A program made the position numbers and the translations under genes. Under the pieces are notes generated by a model. That model made no database searches. It was not told the origin of the DNA and saw only the letters and a list, made by a program, of their open reading frames with translations. Of a stretch of 42,299 nt of DNA, positions 7,510 to 15,678 are shown in pieces (positions within the stretch are counted from its first letter, which is position 1; the number at the start of each line of letters is the position of its first letter). Source of the DNA: a virus; the IMG/VR virus record IMGVR_UViG_3300039208_000711; one strand, 5' to 3'.

Positions 7510-8688
7510 ATGAGTGATGATAAACTCAATCGTGAAGCCCTTTTGTTTCAGAGTGAATTTGACCCTATCAGAGAAGCTCTAGAAAAGAGACAAAGTACTA
7601 TCTTTGCAAATACCGGCAAACAAACCGATCTTTACTACCCAATACGTGCAACCAGACTTGCATTGTTCTTTGACAGAAAGAACGAGAAAGCATTAAGGGA
7701 AACCATTGACAACCCTAACTTGCCAGCAATATGGTTCCACAAGTTTGGAGTAAGAATAGGTGAGTATGCAGGTCATTCTACAAAAGAAACCACTGTTGTC
7801 CCAAACAGCCTTTCTACACTCAAAATCGCAGATTCTGTGATTGAGGGTGCAGAACCTTGGTCTGATTGGAAGCAATATTCTAGATCTCTTGAGATGGATG
7901 CTCCAAAGCAAAACGTTCCCAAGACCAGATACACGGACAATGTTCCAGGTGCATCAGGTACTATTGAGGAGTTTGCTGAGAGTGGTGTCACTGCAGGTGC
8001 AACTCCGATTGGAGGCAAAATTGACACCATTGAACTTGATTGTTCAGGTACAAACAACTCTTATCGTGCAGGCATTATGGTATCCCGAAATGATGTAAAA
8101 GACAACAACTTCTTAGCAGTCGAACAAGCCTACAAGAACGCAGGAAATCAACTGTATTTCTTGTGTGGCAAGAGAATTATCGATAAACTAGTCGCTGATA
8201 CTACGACAAACACTGACGACCGAGACAATTTGGACTTGTCTACCCCTGACCAAAAATACCTTGAGGCACTTATCAAAGTGATTAGAGGCACTTTCAAGGG
8301 TACCCAGAGAAACACTGCAGACTCAATGTTCATCCATCCTGATGATGCATCTGAGGTAATCAGAACAGCACATGCAGACGGTGGACCTTGGCCATTCTTG
8401 GACAAGCGTGTCCTCAGACAAGATAACGACAGTGATGTTGTTAACAACTCTGGACTTGCAGCAGCACTCGGACTCAGAAACGTTTGGGAAACTCCACAAA
8501 TATCATCCGGTACCGTCATGATTACAAAACGTGATGTTGCCCAAGTGGTAGGAATTAGAGAGGACCTCACCATCGAGAACCTTGACCAATTACCAGGTGG
8601 AAAGTACAATTCTGAACTAGTATTGAGATTCGACGTCAAAGAAGCAGATGAAAACGGAGCTTACAAGATAACCAACTTTACGGCATAG
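7510..8688 (+). CDS. Major capsid protein (HK97-fold, putative)
   Basis: 392 aa, following the protease, scaffold and decoration genes. ATG 7510 follows the upstream TAG by 1 nt. The call rests on size and position. Confidence 0.7.
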   Translation: MSDDKLNREALLFQSEFDPIREALEKRQSTIFANTGKQTDLYYPIRATRLALFFDRKNEKALRETIDNPNLPAIWFHKFGVRIGEYAGHSTKETTVVPNSLSTLKIADSVIEGAEPWSDWKQYSRSLEMDAPKQNVPKTRYTDNVPGASGTIEEFAESGVTAGATPIGGKIDTIELDCSGTNNSYRAGIMVSRNDVKDNNFLAVEQAYKNAGNQLYFLCGKRIIDKLVADTTTNTDDRDNLDLSTPDQKYLEALIKVIRGTFKGTQRNTADSMFIHPDDASEVIRTAHADGGPWPFLDKRVLRQDNDSDVVNNSGLAAALGLRNVWETPQISSGTVMITKRDVAQVVGIREDLTIENLDQLPGGKYNSELVLRFDVKEADENGAYKITNFTA

Positions 8689-8698
8689 GTGAGATGAA

Positions 8699-8923
8699 AT
8701 GGGACAACTAGAATGCAAATACTGTGGAGCAAAAGCAGAAGCTGAAACCTTCAAAGAAGCTGATGACTTGATAGATCATTCAATTGGTCTGTACAAGAGC
8801 AACGGCTGTCCTGCAAAAGATGAAGATCTTTTGTGGAACGGGGAACCAGCATATGAGATTGTTCACAAACTAGTGGTCAAAGATTCCAAACCTACTGCTA
8901 AGAAAGGCAAGAAATCAGACTAA
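8699..8923 (+). CDS. Hypothetical small protein (74 aa)
   Basis: ORF from the track, with GGTGA at 8688-8692 located 6 nt upstream of the ATG. Confidence 0.5.
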   Translation: MGQLECKYCGAKAEAETFKEADDLIDHSIGLYKSNGCPAKDEDLLWNGEPAYEIVHKLVVKDSKPTAKKGKKSD

Positions 8924-8935
8924 GATCCATCAATC

Positions 8936-8955
8936 TTTTTCTTTATTTTTATTTT
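8936..8955 (+). terminator. Oligo-T tract (possible archaeal-type terminator)
   Basis: CTTTTTCTTTATTTTTATTTT lies directly after the stop at 8923 and before promoter copy 4. Confidence 0.3.
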
Positions 8956-8967
8956 AACACTTGTATA
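8953..8967 (+). promoter_or_regulatory. Late promoter motif TTTAACACTTGTATA (copy 4)
   Basis: The motif ends 25 nt before ATG 8992. Confidence 0.6.
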
Positions 8968-8991
8968 CTGAATTGTCCTAGGTATTTCCGT

Positions 8992-9327
8992 ATGGCAATC
9001 GTACCTCGTGGAGCGACTTCTGGCGCAAAAACCCAGAATGAAGAGTTCTTTGGAACTGATTTACAACCCCAAGTTAATACCCCTTATACAGGAATGTTTC
9101 TAGTTTCATTTTCAGCCCAGACTGCCGTAACCTTCCAATACACGCTTGATTCTGGTAGTGAATGGGTTAACCTTGTAAACGATATTGATGGCACCACCAC
9201 TTTTCTGGCCGACGCGGCATACAACGGAATCCCTATCTTTCTAAGGAACGGCGACACTTTTAACATGAGAATAAACTCCGGAGGCGGAGGCACTTTGACA
9301 TTCTGCAGGGTGGACGAGTTATTTTGA
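8992..9327 (+). CDS. Virion-module beta-rich protein (111 aa)
   Basis: ORF from the track, first gene after a late promoter. Its C-terminus, SGGGGTLTFCRVDE, resembles the repeat unit of the next ORF. Confidence 0.55.
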   Translation: MAIVPRGATSGAKTQNEEFFGTDLQPQVNTPYTGMFLVSFSAQTAVTFQYTLDSGSEWVNLVNDIDGTTTFLADAAYNGIPIFLRNGDTFNMRINSGGGGTLTFCRVDELF

Positions 9328-9497
9328 GACGCTTTATCGGTTCTTACGTACTTAATAGCGCAGGCGGAGGCGGAGGAAGAACAGAAGCCGCCGTTCCAGG
9401 TGCGGCCACTTTGTTTGAGGTAAGAGTAGCAGGAGTAGCAACACAATTCCAAGTACGAGTTGGAGGCGTTGCAACAAATTTTGAGGTGAGAGTATAG
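9324..9497 (+). CDS. Cryptic 57-codon ORF with three 11-aa repeats (..ATxFxVRV)
   Basis: It has no ATG. TTG 9324 overlaps the upstream TGA (TTTTGA), putting it in the -1 frame relative to 8992..9327. Three 33-nt repeats span 9396-9494. It ends 2 nt before ATG 9500 and is missing from the ORF track. Confidence 0.4.
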   Translation: MRRFIGSYVLNSAGGGGGRTEAAVPGAATLFEVRVAGVATQFQVRVGGVATNFEVRV

Positions 9498-9499
9498 AC

Positions 9500-10471
9500 A
9501 TGGTACTAAGAGAGGATAATCCTTCTGCCACAATTGCAGACGGTGACCTGATATCATTTGCAGATGTCAACGACTCAAACAATGACAAGAATACCACTGC
9601 GACCTTGTTTGGTGCATACACAGATGCACGTACTGGAACACTGACAAACAAATCATTTGCATTGGGTTCTAACACTTTTAGTGGTACCAAGGCTCAACTT
9701 GAATCTGCAATATCTGACGTGTCTGATTTTGCAGAGGCTGACGGTGACACATACACCGGTGTCCATGACTTTGGAGGTGCAACCAGTCTTGAAATACCAA
9801 ACGGTGCCGCACCTACTGTCGATGCCGCAGGAGAGATAGCAGTAGACACAACAATCACAGATTATACAGGACTTGTAAAATACCATGACGGAACAGAAGA
9901 ACTGACCGTTGTCGGAATGCCTACAGCCAACCTTACCACCAATGACGGTGATGTTGTAAAGTACAATGCAGCCAACAACGAGTTTGAAATGGGAGCCGGC
10001 GGTGGCTCTGGAATATGGGAGCTTGTAGGGGAAGACACCCAGACAAACGCCACATCTGCATCAGTATCGTCCATAGGTGCATTTGACGCATTAATGATTG
10101 AAGTTTCCATGAAAGATGCAGGTTCTGCATACATGTCTATCCGATTCAACAGTGACTCTGGAGCCAACTATGATTTCCAGATAGAACGAGACGGAACTGT
10201 TGGAAACTTTGCAACAGGAACCGACGTAAGATTCGACACGGGTTCTGCCACAGGTAGAGAATGGTGGTCTAGAATATTTGTCTCAGAGGCAGGACTGCCA
10301 ACCGATTCAGATCCTTGGTTCACATTTACAGGTGGACGTAGCAACCCTAACTCACATAAAGGAGCAGGTGTTTATCATGGTGCTTCTGCTATTACCAGTG
10401 TACAATTAAGGGATACTAGCGGAGGATCCATGGACGAACTAAAAATTAAAGTATACAAGAGAACCAGTTAA
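9500..10471 (+). CDS. Fibre-like virion protein (323 aa)
   Basis: GAGGTGA SD at 9483-9489. TGTLTNKSFALGSNTF resembles the LTNK motif common in phage fibre and appendage proteins. The C-terminal domain is beta-rich. Confidence 0.45.
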   Translation: MVLREDNPSATIADGDLISFADVNDSNNDKNTTATLFGAYTDARTGTLTNKSFALGSNTFSGTKAQLESAISDVSDFAEADGDTYTGVHDFGGATSLEIPNGAAPTVDAAGEIAVDTTITDYTGLVKYHDGTEELTVVGMPTANLTTNDGDVVKYNAANNEFEMGAGGGSGIWELVGEDTQTNATSASVSSIGAFDALMIEVSMKDAGSAYMSIRFNSDSGANYDFQIERDGTVGNFATGTDVRFDTGSATGREWWSRIFVSEAGLPTDSDPWFTFTGGRSNPNSHKGAGVYHGASAITSVQLRDTSGGSMDELKIKVYKRTS

Positions 10472-10474
10472 TTC

Positions 10475-10678
10475 ATGCCCACAAAACAAAATGACGGAAT
10501 CAGAGTGACAAAATTGAAAGATGATGCTGTAGATCTTATAGAAAGTTCAGGTGCAAAACGAGTACGGGATTTGAAAGATGGCACCTACTACGAGATAGAA
10601 TATGATGACAGCATGCTTTCTGCAAAGGACAGAGAGAAATTATCTCATGCCCTTGACGTGTTAGGCCTGGACAAGTAA
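10475..10678 (+). CDS. Hypothetical protein (67 aa)
   Basis: ORF from the track, tightly packed within the structural module. Confidence 0.45.
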   Translation: MPTKQNDGIRVTKLKDDAVDLIESSGAKRVRDLKDGTYYEIEYDDSMLSAKDREKLSHALDVLGLDK

Positions 10679-10690
10679 TAATGGTGTCTC

Positions 10691-11320
10691 ATGGTCCTCT
10701 ATTCGAAACCCACTTCCTCTAGTGAGGAAGAATACGAGGCAATCCAAGAAGAACTAGTCAATCAAAATATTACGTCTTTTACTCTCAGAAAAGACACTAA
10801 CTTTAACCTGACACTTGAGGTCAACACCTCTGATTCTGCACTCATCAATACTTTCATGGTGAATCTGGGATTTACTACGGAGATTGTGACAGATGCAAAC
10901 ATCACATCATCAACCACAAAAGTGGTATCTGCAGACGTAGTTGTAAACAACTCCAACACATTGGTAGATATAGACGATCTCAAAGTGGAACTTCCTGCAA
11001 GCAGGGTATCACGTGTCGAACTCACACTCATTACAAACGGGACATCTGCAGCCAATCTCAAGTTTACATTTGCAGCCATATCTGGGGCAACCGGCCACTA
11101 TGCGTATAATCAAGGAAACCAGCAGGCAATATTGTTTGGGTCTGAGCTCAACATAACCCAAAATGGTAATGATCGATTGGTCAGTCTTGTAGCTATAGTC
11201 CAGACAAGTACTGATGGTGGTGTGTTGACACCTCAGTTTGCACAGAACGTGGCACAGGCAAGTGATACCAAGATAGAAAAAGGATCCCACATCAAGGTAA
11301 GAGACGTAGGTCCATCGTGA
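10691..11320 (+). CDS. Virion-module beta-rich protein (209 aa)
   Basis: ORF from the track. S/T/N-rich, with no recognisable motif. Confidence 0.5.
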   Translation: MVLYSKPTSSSEEEYEAIQEELVNQNITSFTLRKDTNFNLTLEVNTSDSALINTFMVNLGFTTEIVTDANITSSTTKVVSADVVVNNSNTLVDIDDLKVELPASRVSRVELTLITNGTSAANLKFTFAAISGATGHYAYNQGNQQAILFGSELNITQNGNDRLVSLVAIVQTSTDGGVLTPQFAQNVAQASDTKIEKGSHIKVRDVGPS

Positions 11321-11383
11321 AACAGTGGCTCCAACGCCATCGCTGGGGCCGAAACGGATACTGCCTTTTCGGTCACATTCAAC

Positions 11384-12715
11384 ATGACTACTCAAGGCCC
11401 CACACAGATGCTTGTAAGCACGTCTGCAGATCCCTTGAACTTTATGTCCAATCTTGTTGCCACTACCAGCGAGATAGCCCTGTGTGAGATCCTTATGGAA
11501 AAACCGGTTACAGGCTCGCTTGACATTGAACGATATTACGTCAAGCATACCGTAACAGGACTAACTGCCGGAACAGACTATTACTATGTAGTATCTCGAA
11601 ACTCTGTTGCAGATCTTACAAGAATAGGACATGTCAAGACGTCTCCTGCCACGCTGACTGCTCCTGCATCCCTGACCACAACGAGAATAGTGGTTGGTGC
11701 ATGTCTGAGGCCTGAGAGGACAACCAGTACAGCGGCATACGATCTTACCATACTCAAGACCATGCTTGCAGATAATCCTGACAAGGTATGGATACTTGGA
11801 GACTGGGGCTACCTTGATGTAGGATCTGATGACAAGCCGCTGTACGTCCAGAAGATAAGAGGAATAACAGGCCTTCCAGAGGTTCAGGAAATGTTCTCAC
11901 AGATTCCAGTATTTTATTGCGGGGATGACCATGACAGGGGAATAAACGATTTCAACATGAAGACTGCAAACTCTAACCTGTTTTTGCAAAACTCCATGGA
12001 TGTATGCCGTCAGGTATACCCCAAATATCCAAACCCTCAACCTTCATCCACAAGCTGGACTGACGGCATGGCACAGTTATTCAGCATAGGCCGATTCAGA
12101 ATAATCTGTCCTGACTGCTATTTCCAGAGATTTGATAATACTCCTGCAGTCTCGTCAATGCTAGGTGACGGTACAAGCCAGACAGGATCCATGGGAACAA
12201 CAACGATGTGGAACCAACTAAAATGGCTCAAGGACCAGATTACAGCAGCAGACACGGACGGCTACAAGTTTGTAATTGTTATCATGCCTCCCAGATGGAA
12301 TGATACAGGAGGTTCCAGTTGGAGGGATCTGTATTCCGAGGAACAAGCAGACTTGGCAGACTTTATCTCAAACACAAATGTGTTGAAGTTTCTAATGGTT
12401 GACGGTGATACCCACTCATATGGCGTAGATGATGGCACAAACTATGGCTCCCCACATTCTGCAGCAGTAGGCAAGTTCTTTGGTGTCAATTCCTCTCCGA
12501 TGAAGAACAGTTTCTTTGCAAACACGGAAGACTATACGTGGAACGGAGTAAGTACAAAGGCAGTAGATGAGACTGACGTCTACCTGATTATGGATCTTGA
12601 GGACGATCCCACTGATGCATCAGACCCATGCAATGTCAGAATGCAGTTCAAATACTTCGATGGGACGAGCCTTAATAGCGGAACCATCTATAACACTGAC
12701 GATACGTTCTCCTGA
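11384..12715 (+). CDS. PhoD-like metallophosphatase (phosphatase/phosphodiesterase)
   Basis: N-terminal HTVTGLTAGTDYYYVV fits the PhoD_N / purple-acid-phosphatase beta domain. VWILGDWGY, CGDDHDRGINDFN (compare WDDHE..NN) and MVDGDTHSYG are metallophosphatase metal-ligand motifs. Confidence 0.7.
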   Translation: MTTQGPTQMLVSTSADPLNFMSNLVATTSEIALCEILMEKPVTGSLDIERYYVKHTVTGLTAGTDYYYVVSRNSVADLTRIGHVKTSPATLTAPASLTTTRIVVGACLRPERTTSTAAYDLTILKTMLADNPDKVWILGDWGYLDVGSDDKPLYVQKIRGITGLPEVQEMFSQIPVFYCGDDHDRGINDFNMKTANSNLFLQNSMDVCRQVYPKYPNPQPSSTSWTDGMAQLFSIGRFRIICPDCYFQRFDNTPAVSSMLGDGTSQTGSMGTTTMWNQLKWLKDQITAADTDGYKFVIVIMPPRWNDTGGSSWRDLYSEEQADLADFISNTNVLKFLMVDGDTHSYGVDDGTNYGSPHSAAVGKFFGVNSSPMKNSFFANTEDYTWNGVSTKAVDETDVYLIMDLEDDPTDASDPCNVRMQFKYFDGTSLNSGTIYNTDDTFS

Positions 12716-12730
12716 TTTAACACTTGTATA
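12716..12730 (+). promoter_or_regulatory. Late promoter motif TTTAACACTTGTATA (copy 5)
   Basis: The motif ends 24 nt before ATG 12754. The ORF track wrongly starts the ORF at the TTG inside the motif (12724). Confidence 0.6.
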
Positions 12731-12753
12731 GAAAAACCCGTAACCTAATCATT

Positions 12754-13128
12754 ATGGGTGATGTTTCGGTCAGTTTGACAGTGCTAAAGGGGCTTATCCA
12801 CATGGATGCCTCTATCACTTCCCAGGATACGACACTGACGGACTATTGGAACGATGCCCGACGATATTATGATAACAAACTGACAGTTCATACTACTCTG
12901 CCTGCGGCAGACAATCTGTACGAGGACGATGCACCTGACTTGATTGCCAGACTTGCGGCTGCAAACTGGAATTACTTCAAGACTCCCAGTGATAGCACCA
13001 TGAAAGGTGTCACAAACAGGGAACACAAGATATTGGACCATCTGATGGCCAGATTCTCAAAGAGAACTGACAAGACAAGCGGAAGAAAGATGATGAAGAC
13101 CGCATCTGCCACTACCGGATTTGAGTAA
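12754..13128 (+). CDS. Head-tail connector or adaptor (putative)
   Basis: 124 aa, first gene after a late promoter and ahead of the neck/tail genes. The call rests on position only. Confidence 0.35.
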   Translation: MGDVSVSLTVLKGLIHMDASITSQDTTLTDYWNDARRYYDNKLTVHTTLPAADNLYEDDAPDLIARLAAANWNYFKTPSDSTMKGVTNREHKILDHLMARFSKRTDKTSGRKMMKTASATTGFE

Positions 13129-14081
13129 TGAGTTATCAGGCCGACACCCTTCGGGATACTATAGACACCAATTGGGGACTTACTGGCAGGGTTGCAAAGG
13201 CAGGATCTGCTAGTGCTGGAGAATACCCCGTCTACATTTTTGCATTTGCAAAATCCATCATACAGGAGGTGTCCACAAGAAAGGCAGTTGAAATCAGAAA
13301 GACAACCCCCTTGCAGAACATCATAAGACATCCCAGATTTTCAGTAATTAATGACACCTTTGAGATTGCATGCTACTATGAACTGTCAGACATTGACTCA
13401 AGCGTATGGGATTTGGCAGAGCAGGACGTTGAGGACATGTGTGATGAGGTTACAAGAATAATCAACACAGTGTACAATCCTTCTACAGGAACAGGGATGT
13501 TCTTCACGGTAAACCAGAGTTGGGACAATCAGGACTCCCTACCAAGATCGGGAGATCCCGTATTAAGACGTGTAATGCTTCTTACCCTTTCCAAGATATC
13601 CTCTCCTGACAACAACGTGTTTGAGGGGTTTGGTGGTGTGTTGACATTTGACATGTCCGCATCTGCAAACATGGATTCCGCTCCTGCAGGAGACCGCATC
13701 TACACTGCTGCCCATAACGTGAGAATAGGGGAGGGCCACGCAGTCATAGAGCACATGCACAAGGACACTGAAAACGGGTTGCTTGTACCTCATCTTCTGG
13801 CAGGAAGGTTCTCAGGGAATTTTAACGCCCAGATATATGCGGATTCAGACGACATTGGAACCACTGCAGAAAAACTGAACCAGATCTACACTCTGCAGGC
13901 CAACGGCGAGCACATAGAGGCCACGTTTCTTCATGCGGTAACAAACAACAACTCACAGACACTTACCCAGACAAGCTTTGTCAAGATTACGTTTATGGAA
14001 AAGATAACAAGCGACGAACAACTCGTCGGATTCAACGTTACAGGCAGGCTGATAAAGCCTAGCACAATGGCGGTGGCATAA
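13128..14081 (+). CDS. Virion (neck/tail) protein, 317 aa
   Basis: ORF from the track, with a TAATG overlap to the upstream gene. Confidence 0.5.
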   Translation: MSYQADTLRDTIDTNWGLTGRVAKAGSASAGEYPVYIFAFAKSIIQEVSTRKAVEIRKTTPLQNIIRHPRFSVINDTFEIACYYELSDIDSSVWDLAEQDVEDMCDEVTRIINTVYNPSTGTGMFFTVNQSWDNQDSLPRSGDPVLRRVMLLTLSKISSPDNNVFEGFGGVLTFDMSASANMDSAPAGDRIYTAAHNVRIGEGHAVIEHMHKDTENGLLVPHLLAGRFSGNFNAQIYADSDDIGTTAEKLNQIYTLQANGEHIEATFLHAVTNNNSQTLTQTSFVKITFMEKITSDEQLVGFNVTGRLIKPSTMAVA

Positions 14082-14086
14082 TAGAC

Positions 14087-14509
14087 ATGAGCGCAGGAGA
14101 ACTTGCAGAATATGTCAATTCTGCAAAATGTTCATTGAATAACGTTACAGACTCTTTAAAGTTTGACCAGTTGCGCAATGTCCGCATATTCATTACCAAT
14201 GATGTTACAAAGAGACGCACCACCGCCCGAACTCTGGAAAAACTCTTTGATTTAAGAGACTTTGCCATGGAAGGCGAGATATGGCTCACAGAGCCTGAAG
14301 TGGTAATCTGGGTAGGGTATACTGCCCAAACCAACAACAATCCTACATCCAAGAGCTGGAATGTGACCTTTGTTGCAGAAAACACTGACACAACAACAAT
14401 TACCGGAACCATGAGAGTGTCCAGACTCAATTTTATGGTACAAGAGGAAGGTGCTGCACTGTATGACTTTAGACTGGAATCCGTTGACGGAGCGGTGGCT
14501 GCATCATGA
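14087..14509 (+). CDS. Virion (neck/tail) protein, 140 aa
   Basis: ORF from the track. Its stop overlaps the next start. Confidence 0.5.
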   Translation: MSAGELAEYVNSAKCSLNNVTDSLKFDQLRNVRIFITNDVTKRRTTARTLEKLFDLRDFAMEGEIWLTEPEVVIWVGYTAQTNNNPTSKSWNVTFVAENTDTTTITGTMRVSRLNFMVQEEGAALYDFRLESVDGAVAAS

Positions 14510-15186
14510 GTTTTGACCCTACTTCTGGCGGCGGTTACGGAGGAGAACTTGAGGCTGCACTATCCCAGATGTTCAAACTGTATTTCGATGGCCTTCAAAT
14601 ATCAAGTTCAGGCGGAGACTCTCCCAAGACCAATCGCGTAACCCACATTCCGGATGTTGCCGGATTCGGTGCATTGTTGGACGGTGCAGTACGTACTGCA
14701 GTCCTGCGACACATGGAAGAAAATGGATTGATATCCGGTCCAGGTGGAACTTCTTCCCAAAAAGGACCACAAGGAAAGGATCCCCTTTCTGCTATTGGAA
14801 CAGCACAGAGTGCATTGTCCAGTCCTGCAGAATTCCTTCTGTCACAGGCAGAAAGAATGGTTCCGATACTGGTTCCTTTGCTTGTAGTTGCCATGGCTCC
14901 GAAACTGATAGAAACTGCAATAGATCTCATGACTGCTCCTGGAATGCCTCTTGACCCACGATGGAAGAGGGCCATACAAAAGGAGGTATTTGGAATCCTG
15001 AGCAGACAGCAACAGGAAAACTCTAGAATCGGACTCAGAAACGTATCAATCCAGTCCCATGAGGGCTTTATCATGACAAATGGTGGTGCATCCCAATCCT
15101 TGTTGCAACAGGTAAAAGACGGCACAGGTCCTAGCGTAGGAACCACGGTAATCGGCACGCAGTTCAGAGCGGAGGGTGTAAAATAG
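14506..15186 (+). CDS. Virion-module protein with a central hydrophobic helix (226 aa)
   Basis: Gly-rich N-terminus and the hydrophobic segment MVPILVPLLVVAMAP. It may be an internal or ejection protein. Confidence 0.45.
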   Translation: MSFDPTSGGGYGGELEAALSQMFKLYFDGLQISSSGGDSPKTNRVTHIPDVAGFGALLDGAVRTAVLRHMEENGLISGPGGTSSQKGPQGKDPLSAIGTAQSALSSPAEFLLSQAERMVPILVPLLVVAMAPKLIETAIDLMTAPGMPLDPRWKRAIQKEVFGILSRQQQENSRIGLRNVSIQSHEGFIMTNGGASQSLLQQVKDGTGPSVGTTVIGTQFRAEGVK

Positions 15187-15678
15187 ATGGCAGGAACCGG
15201 AGCAATATTCAGAATAGACGCAAATGGAGACCTCGAGTCCGATGCAAGAACTGCAGGTCAAATCATAGAGTTTAACGGAGGAGTTGTGCCTGATACAACT
15301 GGCAGAATCACCGACCCCTCAATTCACTGGGGAAGATCCGTATCATTTCACACAAACCCACAAAGAACGCTAGACCAAGTACAGGACAACAAACTAAGCT
15401 TCAAGGAGGTTGTATTATCAGGATACTTTGTGGACTCTGATGCTACCGTGGGACCGGACAAGTTTGACGAATGGTTCAAGGAAGACGGGACAAATGCCTC
15501 TCTGCCATTTGGAAGGTTTGGTATTCGTAATGACGACTTTGCCTCTGCCAGCAACAACCTAGTCCCCACCAGTACAAAAGGATACATTCTATATGATGCT
15601 GAAGTTCATGACGTCGAAACCCCAAGGGATCAGGTCTCATTTGTTGCCAAATTCTATAGAAACGGTGATCCTGCCTAA
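15187..15678 (+). CDS. Virion (tail) protein, 163 aa
   Basis: GGAGGGTG SD at 15171-15178. The stop overlaps the next start. Confidence 0.5.
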   Translation: MAGTGAIFRIDANGDLESDARTAGQIIEFNGGVVPDTTGRITDPSIHWGRSVSFHTNPQRTLDQVQDNKLSFKEVVLSGYFVDSDATVGPDKFDEWFKEDGTNASLPFGRFGIRNDDFASASNNLVPTSTKGYILYDAEVHDVETPRDQVSFVAKFYRNGDPA

